From positions 45,906 to 109,905 of the forward strand of contig CAZVFX010000003.1 in the NCBI GenBank assembly GCA_964626565.1: a stretch of DNA of 64,000 nt. Reading direction: 5' to 3'. Made by a program: the position numbers and the translations under genes. This DNA comes from an uncultured Myxococcales bacterium (GTDB lineage: Bacteria > Myxococcota_A > UBA9042 > CAIXZC01). Of the stretch, positions 17,396 to 27,800 are shown in pieces. Under the pieces are notes generated by a model. That model did no database searches. It saw only the letters and a program-made list of their open reading frames with translations, and was not told where the DNA came from. Within the stretch, counting starts at the first letter, position 1; the number at the start of each line of letters is the position of its first letter.

Positions 17396-20300
17396 CTAGT
17401 CAGGTTGGCAGGAGCCGGGGTTGCCCGGTTCGCAGTGAGCGTCGGGATCGCATTGGGAATCGTAGGTACACATGTTGGCGCAAGCGGGGGGCAACTGGTC
17501 CACCTGGCCGTTGCAGTGAACCGCCTTGTAGAGGCCGCAGTCGTCGCTTTCCACCGATTGATCGCAGCCCGCATCGTCGCCGACGATCACAGTGCCGCAA
17601 ACCGACAGCTCGCACGTGGCGTCCTGGCGTTCCCCTTCACACAAGGGGGGAGAGATGCACTCCGACGGGCTGGCGTATTCGGCCGGACAATCCCCGGCGA
17701 CAAAACAGCAGTCCCCCGTCTCACAACAGAAGCCGTTTTGACAGTAGCCGGAAGTGCAATCGCCGTTTTCATCGCAAGTTTTTCCATCAGCGAGGTCAGC
17801 CAGGCAGTGGCCACCATCGCAGTGGGCTAAGGCGGTGCACTCCTCGTCTACCAGGCAGGCGACAGGGCAGGAAGGCGGTTGCTGGTCGCCGTCCCCGGAG
17901 CAGTAGACCGGATCGTAGAAGCCACAATCCAGGGCCGGGGACTGGCCGTCACACGCGGAGTCGTCGGCCACCTCCAGGCTGACGCAAACGTTGGCCTGGC
18001 AGGCCGCTTCGAGCCTGGAACCCTGGCAGGTTTGCGGATCCTGGCAGGTCGCCGATTCCGAGTACTCTCCGGGACAGTGGTTCGCCAACGCGCAGCAATC
18101 TCCCGAGGAGCAGCAGAATCCGTTCTGACAATGGAAGGACTGACAGTCGGAGTCCTCGTCGCAGGCGGCGCCATCACCCAAATCGGCAAGGCAGGCGCCA
18201 TCGCAATGAGCGCTCGCGTCGCACTCGTCGTCACCTAGGCAAACCGTGGGGCAAAGCGGTTGCTCCTGTTGCACACTGCCGTTGCACACCACCGAAAGAA
18301 ACGGCCCGCAGTCATGGGCTTCGGTCCACCAGCCACACCCGGAATCGTCTTCCGCTTCGAGGCTGCCGCATACGAAGTTGTCACAGGTTGCATCCACGCG
18401 GTGCCCCTGGCAGCCGGCCGCGTCGTCACACGCCGGGTACTTCTTGTATTGCCCGGGGCAGCCCGCGGCCGAAAGGCAGCAATCACCGCTATCGCAGCAG
18501 ATTGCGTGGTTACAGTGGCCGGAGTTGCAGTCGGAGTCCTCGTTGCACGACGCTCCGTCCGGAAGGTCGCCGAGGCACACCCCGTCACAATGGGCGCCCG
18601 GGTCACACTCGTCATCCGCCAGGCACTCCAGCGGGCACAACGGGGAGTCCTGGTCTTCTTCCCCCGTGCAGAAAAGGTCAAGGTACGCGCCGCATCCCGC
18701 CGCGTTCACTTGCTGCGTGCACGCGGAGTCATCTGCTACGATATCGGACCCACATACGAAGTCGGCGCACGTCGCGTCCACCCGCTGCCCCTGACAATCT
18801 GCGGGCCACAGGCAACCGGGAAGTGAGGAGTAGTCCGGCGGGCACTCAGCGGCATCGATACAGCAGTCGCCGCTCTGGCAGCAAATACCTGCCGAGCAGT
18901 GTCCGGACGTGCAGTCGGAGTCCTCGTCACACTCCAGGCCGTCGCCGACATCCGGAACGCAGATGTTCTGCCCGGGTCCCGGGTCGCAATGGGCGCCGGG
19001 ATCGCAATGACCGTCGGCCTGGCATTCTTCCGGACAGGCCGGACCGGGCTGCGAAACCTCACCGGTGCAGAGCACGGGCAGAAACAAACCGCAATCGTCT
19101 GCCGTCACATCTTCGGTACAGCCCGAGTCGTCGTCGACGGCCAGTTCCCCGCACTGGTGGTTCGTACAAACCGCATCGACCCGCTGCCCCTGGCACGCGG
19201 CAGGCTCTTCGCACTGAGGCGAGGCGGAGAACTCCGGTGGACAGTTCGAAGCCGTTGCGCAACAGGCGCCTTGCGCACAGCAATAGCCGTTACCGCAGTG
19301 GCCACCGGCGCAGTCGGAATCCTCGTTGCACTCCAGCCCGTCGTCAATGTCCGGCTCACAGACACCGTCGCAATGAGCCTGGTCGTCGCACTCGGAATCC
19401 CACTGGCAGGCCTCGGGGCAACCCGGGGCAGGTTGATACTTGGCGCCGGTGCAATAGACATCGGCAAACAACCCGCAATCCCCGGCCAGCACCAGAGGAC
19501 CGCACGCACTGTCGTCAAGCACCAGGTCAGACACGCAAATGAAGTTGCTGCATCCGCGGTCCTGCCGGGTGCCCTGGCAGCTCTCAGGGGTCACGCACAC
19601 CGGCGGGCTGTCGTACTCCGGCGGACAGTGGTAGTTGAACTGGCAGCAATCGCCAGAGGCACAGCAGAAACCGTTCTGGCAGTGTCCGGAGATGCAATCG
19701 CTCGCCTCGTCGCAGGAAAGACCATCGGTGAGGTCGGGCTTGCAAATGGAATCGCAGTGATAGTCGGGCGCGCACTGCGAGTCCTCACCGCACGTTTGCG
19801 AACATTCGGGCTCCGGTTGTGCCGGCTCGCCGGTGCAATGGAGGTCTGGAAACGGTCCGCAGTCGTTGGCCAGCAGGGCAATATCGCACCCGGAATCGTC
19901 GTCAACGTCGGCGCTGCCGCACCGGCTATCTTCACACACCGCGTCGACCCTGTGTCCCTGGCACGAAGCAACATCGTCGCACACCGCAGCGGCCCAGAAC
20001 TCATCAGGGCAGTCCACGGCCAGTGAGCAGCAGACATCCGAGGCGCAGCAGTAGCCGTTGGCGCAATAGCCGGATTCGCAGTCAGAGGCTTCGTCGCACT
20101 CGGCGCCGTCCTGAGCGTCCGGAAGGCACGTTTCCCCCCCCTCCAGGCCGGCAGGATCGCAATGTGCTCCGGGGTCGCATTCTTCGTCTCCGACGCAGTT
20201 GGTGGGGCACTCAGGCTTCTGCTGGTCCTGGAACGCAGCGCACATGACCGGGAGGAACAGACCACAATCGTCAACCACGTTGAGGATATTGCAAGCGCTG

Positions 20301-23227
20301 TCGTCGTCGAAGGTCACGCTCTCGCAGGTTGCCTGGGTGCACGCGGCGTCAATACGAAACCCCTGACAGGAGCCGGGGTCGGCACATTTGGGAGGTGTGG
20401 AGAAGGAGTCGGGACAGCTCGACGCCTGGTTGCAGCAGACGCCTTCGCTACAGCAGTATCCGTTGTCGCAATGGCCGGAAATGCAGTCGCTGGGCTCGTC
20501 GCACACGGTGCCGTCCACCTGGTCCGCAACACAGGTCTTGGCTCCGGGGCCCACGGGTGGATCGCAGTGAAATCCCGGGGAGCAGATATCGTCGTCGGAG
20601 CAGTTCAGTGGACAGGCCGGTGCGGGCTGATACTCTTGTCCGGAGCAGTAGCTGGGCAAGTAACTCCCGCACTCCAGCGCCAGCACGTCGGGGCCGCATC
20701 CCGTGTCATCCCCGAGGGTCGCGGTTGAGCCGCACTGGAAACCCTCGCAAAACGCGTCGATGCGGATCCCCTGGCAATCGTCCGGGATCACGCAAAGTGG
20801 AGCCGTTGCGTATTCCGCCGGGCAATCCGCGACCTCGACACAACAGTCTCCGGACCCGCAGCAAAAACCGTTCTGGCAATGTCCCGACATGCAGTCACCA
20901 TCCTCATCACAGGAATATCCGTCGGGAAGGTCCGGCTTGCAAACGTGCTGCTCAGCGTCCGCGGAAGGGTCGCAGTGGGCATCCGGGCTGCAGTCGTCGT
21001 CCACATCACACCCTGCAGAGCATGGAGCAGACAACTGAGCCGGCTGACCGGTGCAATATTGCGAAGGATAAGGAGCGCAGTCTTTCGCCAGCATTCCGGC
21101 ACTACATCCGGAGTCATCGTCGATGGGGCCGATAGAACCGCAGATGTACATTTCGCAGGTGGCATCCATGCGATGGCCCTGACAGGAAAAGGACTCCTGG
21201 CACGTGGGCGTAAGAGAGTATTTGTCCGGGCACTGGTCAGCCTTGAGGCAGCAATCGCCGAAAGCACAGCATACCCCTGCGCTGCAATGGTCGGAGAGGC
21301 AGTCGGTGGCCACGTCGCACGGGCCGCCATCATCCTGGCGCGGTTCGCACAGCCCCTCCTTGCAGGTAAACCCCGCTTCACAGTCGCTCTGATCAATGCA
21401 TGAGGCCGGGCACAGGGGCGGAGCCTGAGTCTCGTCACCGTTGCAGAATAGCTCACCATACGGCCCACAATCCACCGCCGGCTCTTCAGCGACACAGGCG
21501 CTGTCGTCGGGTATGCCGGGAAGAGCAGAGCAGCTATTCTCGACACACGCTGCGTCGGTGCGTGTACCCTGGCAGAGTCCGGGCTCGTCGCAGGCGGCTG
21601 GCGACGAGAAAAGCTCGGCGCAATCGTCGTCATCGTCGCAGCACAACCCGTCGAGGCAACAGAGACCTCCCTCACAGTGGGTCGAAAGACAATCGCTGTC
21701 TTCGTCGCAGGAGAAGCCATCTTCGAGGTCCGGCTTGCAAACGTAGTCGCAGTGAAAACCCGGGTCGCAGTCGAGGTCGTCAGCGCAGCCGTTGGAACAG
21801 GCCGGAAGAGCCTGCTTCTCCAGACCGTTGCAGTGAACCGGGGGATAGGCCCCGCACTCGTTGGCGAGGGTCTGTTCGTCGCACCCGGAGTCGTCGGGTT
21901 GGACCGGTCCGGTCTGGCACATGTTGTTGACGCACTGAGCATCCTGCCGGTGCCCCTGACACACTTCCGCATCGTCGCACACCGGCTGGAGCCAATGGTC
22001 ATCCGGGCACAGGGCCGCGTCAAAACAGCAGTCTCCCGCCTGGCAACAGACGTTGTGAGCACAGTGGCCGGAGTTGCATTGAGGGTCGGTGTCGCAAACC
22101 GCACCTTCGGGGAGGGCTGGCACACACTGACCATCCTGGTTACAAAACGAGCCACCTGCGCAGCCGCCGTCGTCTTCGCAATCGGTAAGGCAGGCGCCGA
22201 ACGCGCCGATCTTGTCACAAGCGAACAGCCCGCAAGAAGCGGTGCCGGCTTCGACGCACTGCCCATCAACACACGCCTCGCCGCCAACCATGTAGAACTC
22301 CACCCCCTCCTGAAGGCAGAAAGGAGGGGCACAATTGGAGGCTGCCTCATCCACGAGGCCATCGCAGTCATCGTCCACCCCGTTGCAAACTTCGAGGGAG
22401 GCGACGTTAAACGGCTCACAAGCCCCGATGCCGGTGGCCAGGCAGGGGCGAAACCCGGGGCACGTCCCGAACTCGTTGCTCGTTTCGCAAGGCAGTTCCT
22501 TGCCTTCCTCACCGGGCAGGCAAAGGCAGTTGCCGGAAGGCGGTGCGCACAGACCCTGGATTGCCCCTTCCTGGTGGCAGTCAAGGCCGTTGGCGCAGGC
22601 ACCCTCATCGTCGCACTGGTGCAAGAGCACGTGAGCCCCGTCCAGTTGAGCGCACAAGACATTGTCGAACGGGGGCGGCAGGGCCGGGTCGCAAGGCTCG
22701 CAGAAACCCACCAGAGAGGGCACGCACAAGTCCTCATCGTCGAGGGACCAGCACTGCCAATCCGGGGGACAGACCTCATCGCAGATGGTGGTGCACACCC
22801 CACCGAGGGGGGTAGCGAGGCATTGCCCCGGATCGCAATCTTCGTCGGATTCGCACAGTTCACCAAAGGGGAACTCGACTGCCACTTCCGTCTCGGCCTC
22901 GCCTTCCGCATCGGCTTCGGTTTCCGAAACGTCTCCGGCATCAGCGGAACCGGCTTCGGCGTCGGACAAGTCCGGAGCGATCAGATCGACCTCGCCGGAC
23001 ACATCGTACAACTCCGGCCCGACATCGACCGTCTCCGGGGCAACCGCGCCGTCCGGTTTCAGGTCCGTCGCCAACTCGGATTCGACATCGGCCAAGGCCA
23101 ACTCCCCGCCCGCATCGAGCAGGTCGATTCCGCCGCCGACCGAAGGTGTCGAACAATGGGTGAGAGAGGTGAGGCAGAGAACAAGGCTAATCAATCGCAG
23201 GCGCATGGGCGCTCCTTTCGCGCACAA
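17396..23227 (-). CDS. Giant (about 1940 aa) secreted cysteine-rich protein G2 with about 12 tandem ~105-aa Cys repeats; the probable start is the internal M (MRLRLISLVLCLTSLTHC)
   Basis: It has the conserved N-terminal Cys module (ELCESDEDCDPGQC...) plus a MopE-like motif CNGVDDDCDGLVDEA. About 12 repeats follow, each with DCxSGHCxNGxCC...CQGxRxDAxC...DDSxC...CPxxCxxDxxCDPGAHCD. Confidence 0.8.
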   Translation of the reverse strand: MCAKGAPMRLRLISLVLCLTSLTHCSTPSVGGGIDLLDAGGELALADVESELATDLKPDGAVAPETVDVGPELYDVSGEVDLIAPDLSDAEAGSADAGDVSETEADAEGEAETEVAVEFPFGELCESDEDCDPGQCLATPLGGVCTTICDEVCPPDWQCWSLDDEDLCVPSLVGFCEPCDPALPPPFDNVLCAQLDGAHVLLHQCDDEGACANGLDCHQEGAIQGLCAPPSGNCLCLPGEEGKELPCETSNEFGTCPGFRPCLATGIGACEPFNVASLEVCNGVDDDCDGLVDEAASNCAPPFCLQEGVEFYMVGGEACVDGQCVEAGTASCGLFACDKIGAFGACLTDCEDDGGCAGGSFCNQDGQCVPALPEGAVCDTDPQCNSGHCAHNVCCQAGDCCFDAALCPDDHWLQPVCDDAEVCQGHRQDAQCVNNMCQTGPVQPDDSGCDEQTLANECGAYPPVHCNGLEKQALPACSNGCADDLDCDPGFHCDYVCKPDLEDGFSCDEDSDCLSTHCEGGLCCLDGLCCDDDDDCAELFSSPAACDEPGLCQGTRTDAACVENSCSALPGIPDDSACVAEEPAVDCGPYGELFCNGDETQAPPLCPASCIDQSDCEAGFTCKEGLCEPRQDDGGPCDVATDCLSDHCSAGVCCAFGDCCLKADQCPDKYSLTPTCQESFSCQGHRMDATCEMYICGSIGPIDDDSGCSAGMLAKDCAPYPSQYCTGQPAQLSAPCSAGCDVDDDCSPDAHCDPSADAEQHVCKPDLPDGYSCDEDGDCMSGHCQNGFCCGSGDCCVEVADCPAEYATAPLCVIPDDCQGIRIDAFCEGFQCGSTATLGDDTGCGPDVLALECGSYLPSYCSGQEYQPAPACPLNCSDDDICSPGFHCDPPVGPGAKTCVADQVDGTVCDEPSDCISGHCDNGYCCSEGVCCNQASSCPDSFSTPPKCADPGSCQGFRIDAACTQATCESVTFDDDSACNILNVVDDCGLFLPVMCAAFQDQQKPECPTNCVGDEECDPGAHCDPAGLEGGETCLPDAQDGAECDEASDCESGYCANGYCCASDVCCSLAVDCPDEFWAAAVCDDVASCQGHRVDAVCEDSRCGSADVDDDSGCDIALLANDCGPFPDLHCTGEPAQPEPECSQTCGEDSQCAPDYHCDSICKPDLTDGLSCDEASDCISGHCQNGFCCASGDCCQFNYHCPPEYDSPPVCVTPESCQGTRQDRGCSNFICVSDLVLDDSACGPLVLAGDCGLFADVYCTGAKYQPAPGCPEACQWDSECDDQAHCDGVCEPDIDDGLECNEDSDCAGGHCGNGYCCAQGACCATASNCPPEFSASPQCEEPAACQGQRVDAVCTNHQCGELAVDDDSGCTEDVTADDCGLFLPVLCTGEVSQPGPACPEECQADGHCDPGAHCDPGPGQNICVPDVGDGLECDEDSDCTSGHCSAGICCQSGDCCIDAAECPPDYSSLPGCLWPADCQGQRVDATCADFVCGSDIVADDSACTQQVNAAGCGAYLDLFCTGEEDQDSPLCPLECLADDECDPGAHCDGVCLGDLPDGASCNEDSDCNSGHCNHAICCDSGDCCLSAAGCPGQYKKYPACDDAAGCQGHRVDATCDNFVCGSLEAEDDSGCGWWTEAHDCGPFLSVVCNGSVQQEQPLCPTVCLGDDECDASAHCDGACLADLGDGAACDEDSDCQSFHCQNGFCCSSGDCCALANHCPGEYSESATCQDPQTCQGSRLEAACQANVCVSLEVADDSACDGQSPALDCGFYDPVYCSGDGDQQPPSCPVACLVDEECTALAHCDGGHCLADLADGKTCDENGDCTSGYCQNGFCCETGDCCFVAGDCPAEYASPSECISPPLCEGERQDATCELSVCGTVIVGDDAGCDQSVESDDCGLYKAVHCNGQVDQLPPACANMCTYDSQCDPDAHCEPGNPGSCQPD

Positions 23228-23278
23228 ACCAAACCAGAGAGTATTATCCTATCGGAAGATGCGGAGAGCAAATTAGTC

Positions 23279-23356
23279 CCTCCCCGGGCTAACGGCCGGA
23301 GCTACTGGCTTGCGTGCCCCACGGGGGCCTGATTCGGATTTTGGAGTTCTAGAAGA
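23279..23356 (-). promoter_or_regulatory. Copy 2 of the conserved structured intergenic element, upstream of giant gene G2
   Basis: CCTCCCCGGGCTAACGGCCGGAGCTACTGGCTTGCGTGCCCCACGGGGGCCTGATTCGGATTTTGGAG aligns with copy 1. Confidence 0.5.
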
Positions 23357-24841
23357 TCAGCAGTCAGCCGGGCAGCTCGCCATGGTTTCCGTCGCGCCGC
23401 AGACGCCGTCGCCGCAGGGGCCGCAATCATCCGCACAGTTGGCCGGCGTCTCGGGGCCGTCGCAAATGGCATCGCCGCAGGAAGCTGTGCAGTCCTGGGC
23501 ACAGGATGCGAGGGTCTCGGAGAGAGCACATATCCCGTCCCCGCACGACGCACAATCCAGGGGGCAACTGTTGGCAGTCTCGCCCGGATTGCATGCACCA
23601 TCCCCGCACGGAGGCGTACAGTCAATCGGGCAGGTACCCACGGTTTCCCCTGCGTCACATGCGCCGTTAGCGCAGGTATCCTCACAATCCCAGGGGCATG
23701 CCACGGAGTCTTCCGTCAGGTTACACACGCCGTCGCCACAATCGCCACAATCGGCGGGGCAGGCTGCTGCGTTCTCATCGGCCTGGCAGATGGAATCACC
23801 GCAGAAAGGCATGCAGTCGAGGGGACAGGTGCCGGGTCCATCCTCGTGGACCCCGCATATGCCGTCGCCGCAAGGGCCGCAGTCGTGGGGACACAACGGC
23901 ACCGATTCGGTGAGCTCACATTTGCCGTTTCCGCAGACGCCGGCACAGCCGGGCACCTCCGCGCCGGGCACACAAACACCCACCTCGCAGTGGTCTCCGG
24001 CAGTACACTGATTGCCGTCGTCGCAGGGCACACCATTGAGGGGTTGGTGAACACAACCGCCGAAGGCATCACAAGTGTCGGAGGTGCACGCCTCACCATC
24101 ATCGCAGTCGATGGTGGTCCCGGCAACGCACTGCCCGTTGATACAACTATCGCCGGTAGTGCACGGGTCCCCGTCCTCACATTGGCCTTCCAGAACGGTG
24201 TGCATGCAACCTTCCACCGGGTCACAATAGTCATCTGTGCACCAGTTGTTGTCGTCACAGGTGTTGGCCTGGCCGCCAAGGCACTCCCCCGCTTCGCACT
24301 GCTCGCCCACGGTGCACGGGTCCCCATCCTCGCACAAGTTGGTGTTGGGAGGGTTGATGCACCCTTCATCGGGAGCACAAAGGTCGTCGGTGCAGGGGTT
24401 GTCGTCCGCGCAATCAAGAGGCTCGGTGCCCGGCTTGCAGGCCCCTTGTTCGCAGAAGTCGCCGTTGGTACAGGGGTTGCCGTCGTCGCACTCACCTTCC
24501 GACAGGCTGAACGCACACTCTCCGGAAGGGGTGCAATACCCTTCGGTGCACGGGTTATCATCGCCACAGCCGGTGTCCACGACACACGTGCCGCCACAAC
24601 CGTCGTGGTCGCCGCAGCTCTTATCTTCACAGTCGGGAACACACTCACCCTCGTCGGGTTTCACGTCGGCGCCGCCCGTGTCACTGCCCCCACCGGTGTC
24701 AACCGTAACATCATCACCGGCAACTTCCGTCGCAACTTCCGGTGTGAAGCCGGCGTCGTCATCGCCGCCACCGTCACCTCCGCCGCAGGCAGAAAGGGAA
24801 AGAACGAGTGCTGCGCTCCACCAGATGACTGCTCCTCGCAT
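23357..24841 (-). CDS. Cysteine-rich secreted lipoprotein (494 aa) with CxDGNPCTxDxC repeats followed by CGDGxC...E...CPxDC repeats
   Basis: Signal AALVLSLSACGGGDG; about 8 CDDGNPCT-type repeats and about 8 CGDGICG...CP(L/A)DC repeats. Same architecture as ORF 32835..34469. Confidence 0.75.
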   Translation of the reverse strand: MRGAVIWWSAALVLSLSACGGGDGGGDDDAGFTPEVATEVAGDDVTVDTGGGSDTGGADVKPDEGECVPDCEDKSCGDHDGCGGTCVVDTGCGDDNPCTEGYCTPSGECAFSLSEGECDDGNPCTNGDFCEQGACKPGTEPLDCADDNPCTDDLCAPDEGCINPPNTNLCEDGDPCTVGEQCEAGECLGGQANTCDDNNWCTDDYCDPVEGCMHTVLEGQCEDGDPCTTGDSCINGQCVAGTTIDCDDGEACTSDTCDAFGGCVHQPLNGVPCDDGNQCTAGDHCEVGVCVPGAEVPGCAGVCGNGKCELTESVPLCPHDCGPCGDGICGVHEDGPGTCPLDCMPFCGDSICQADENAAACPADCGDCGDGVCNLTEDSVACPWDCEDTCANGACDAGETVGTCPIDCTPPCGDGACNPGETANSCPLDCASCGDGICALSETLASCAQDCTASCGDAICDGPETPANCADDCGPCGDGVCGATETMASCPADC

Positions 24842-24866
24842 GGCAATCCTCCCGTTTGATCTTTGC

Positions 24867-27800
24867 CTATCTTACAAAAATTTCGAGGTCGTTGAACAGA
24901 ACATATTCAGGGCTCGATTGATCTTCGACGCCCCACCGTAGGATATTGGACTCCGCCACCGGGGTGTTGAAGGTGTAATACTTGGACGTGCCGCCGGAAT
25001 TCCAGTCCCCGCCCCACTGCCCCCCGGTCTTGAGCACCGTTCCGGGAGTGCCGAACATAACATACCCGTTGGAGCCGTTGCCCGTCTTTCCCCAGGAGCC
25101 GGCGTTCCAGTTGTCGTCGTGATGGATGCCGCTTCCGCCGTAACCGCGCCAGCTCCCCCTCACTTCCGAAAAGGTGAACATAGTGTCGATTTCGAAGTAC
25201 ACCAGCTTGTCCCCGCCGCCGTTGTTGCTGCCGATGGCGAAAGAAGGGTTGTCCCCGTCGGTGACCACCGTATAGCCCGGTCCCACGATCACCTTGGCCT
25301 CATGTGGGAAATGCTGATAGCTGTTCACTCCGCCCACGTCCCCGGTGCTGGAAATCAGGGTCCACCCTCCCCCGTTGGTATCCATGTCGCAATAAACCTC
25401 GAAGGGATCGACACCGCCGATGCCGTCCGGATCCAGGGTGTACAACCCGCTCTCAGCGTTGGGGCTCTCGTCCAGGAAGTCTTTGCAGGACGAGATGGTG
25501 CAGCCGTTGTCCGCGATACCGCTGCAATCGTCGTCCAGGCCGTTGTCGCAGATCTCCTCGGCCTCATGGTTAATGTCAGGGTCGGTTGGAGCACAGTCGG
25601 TGATGTCGGGATCGTTGTCGTTGTCGTCATCCGGATCCACGCAGTCGGCCAGTCCGTCGGCGTCGCTGTCCGGGAAACCGTCGTCGATGCCGCCGTTGCA
25701 GTTGTTGTCCAGACCGTCGCATTCCTCAGGCTGCGAACCTTCCATCGGATCACATTCCACCTCCTGCCCTTCTGCACAAAGAGGCGTGGAGTGGAGGCAT
25801 TCTCCAAGGCCGCAGGAGAGCATCCCCAGCCCCTCATCAAGGAGGCCGTCACAGTCGTTGTCAACCCCGTCACATTCCTCTGCCACCGCCCCTTCCTTTG
25901 GATCACACACCTGGGGGACCCCGTCCGCACAGTTCTGGACGATGTGGGTGCATACTCCCTGGCCGCACGAAGTCGACCCGAGTCCGTCATCCTCCAGACC
26001 GTTGCAGTCGTTGTCCAGGCCGTCGCAAATCTCCGGGGCAACGCCCAGGAAGGGGTCGCACACCGCGATCTTTCCATCAACGCAATAATCCTGCTCGTGA
26101 AAACACTCGCCTTTGCCGCACTGCACCGAACCGAGGTCTTCGTCCACCGCGTCATCGCAATCGTTGTCCTGGCCGTCACAGACCTCGGCCGCCGCCCCTT
26201 CCATGGGATTGCACACCTGCGGCACACCGCCCACGCACACCGGCACCGTGTTCTCGCACGCGCCCAGACCGCAGGTAATCTGGCCCAGATTCTCATCCAC
26301 CTGTCCGTCGCAATCGTTGTCGATTCCGTCGCATATTTCTACACCAACACCCTCCTCCGCGTTGCAGTCTTGTGGGATGCCACCGACGCAATTCTGAACG
26401 GTGTGAAGGCAAACGCCGAGCCCGCAGGTGGTGGTGCCCAGGTCTTCATCGACCAGGCCGTCGCAGTCGTTGTCGTTTCCATCACATTTTTCGAGCTCAA
26501 CACCCTCCATCGCCTCGCAGACTTGAGGGATACCACCGACGCAATTGTCAACGGTATGATTGCACACACCCAGGCCGCAGGTGGTGGTGCCCAAATCCTC
26601 ATCCACACTATCATCGCAGTCGTTGTCAAGGCCGTCGCACACTTCCATGGCCGCGGGGTTGATGGTCGCATCGAGGGGAGCGCAGTCCGCGTCGTCGGAA
26701 TGACCGTCGTTGTCGTCATCAAGATCGGTACAGTCTTTGAGCCCATCCAGGTCGCTATCGTTAAAACCCTCGTCGATGAGGCCGTTGCAGTTGTTGTCTA
26801 CGCCGTCGCAAACCTCCTGGGCGCCGGGATTCACGTTGGGGTCGAGCGGAGCGCAGTCTTCTGCGTCGGGGGTGCCGTCGCCGTCCTTGTCCCCCTCACA
26901 CGCATCCCCCACGCCGTCATTGTCGCTATCCTCCTGCCCCGGGTTCTCTACACCAACACAATTGTCCGCGCTGTCTTCCACGCCGTCTCCGTCCAGGTCG
27001 TCGTCGCACGCGTCGCCCAGACCATCCCCGTCGATGTCCGACTGTTGCGTGTTTTTTACGCCAACACAGTTGTCCGCGCTATCGGGTATTGCATCTCCGT
27101 CAGCGTCGGGGTCGCAAGCATCGCCCAGGCCATCCTCATCCAGGTCCTCCTGGCCCGGATTCTCCACGCCAACACAATTATCCGCACTGTCGGCGACGCC
27201 GTCGTCGTCGGCGTCGTCGTCCACGCAGTCAGCCACACCATCTCCATCGATATCCGGGAATCCGTCGTCCACATCCCCGTCACAATCGTTGTCCAGGCCG
27301 TCGCAGATTTCGGCCGCACCAGGGAACACCGACGCATCAGTCGGCGCACAGTCGGCGCCATCAACGACGCCATCGTTGTCGTCATCTTCGTCCACGCAGT
27401 CCTTCCACCCGTCCGCGTCGGTGTCGGTGGACCCTTCATCCACTATGAAGTTGCAGTTGTTGTCCTTGCCGTCGCACAACTCCTCGGCGCCGGGATGGAT
27501 GTCCTGGTCGAAAGGAGCACAGTCCTCCGCATCCGAGGTCTGGTCGTTGTCGTCGTCCAGGTCGCAGACGTCGCCAAAATTGTCCAGGTCATTGTCCTCC
27601 TGCCCCGGGTTGTTCACGCCAACACAGTTATCCGCGCTGTCGACGATGCCATCTCCATCTTTGTCGGTCTCCATGCAGTCAGCGATCCCATCGTCGTCGG
27701 TATCTTCGAAACCCTCGTCGGTGGCGCCGTCGCAATCGTTGTCCTCGCCGTCGCAGCTTTCCGCGTGCGCCTCTTCTCCTTCGCACACCAGTTTGCCCTG

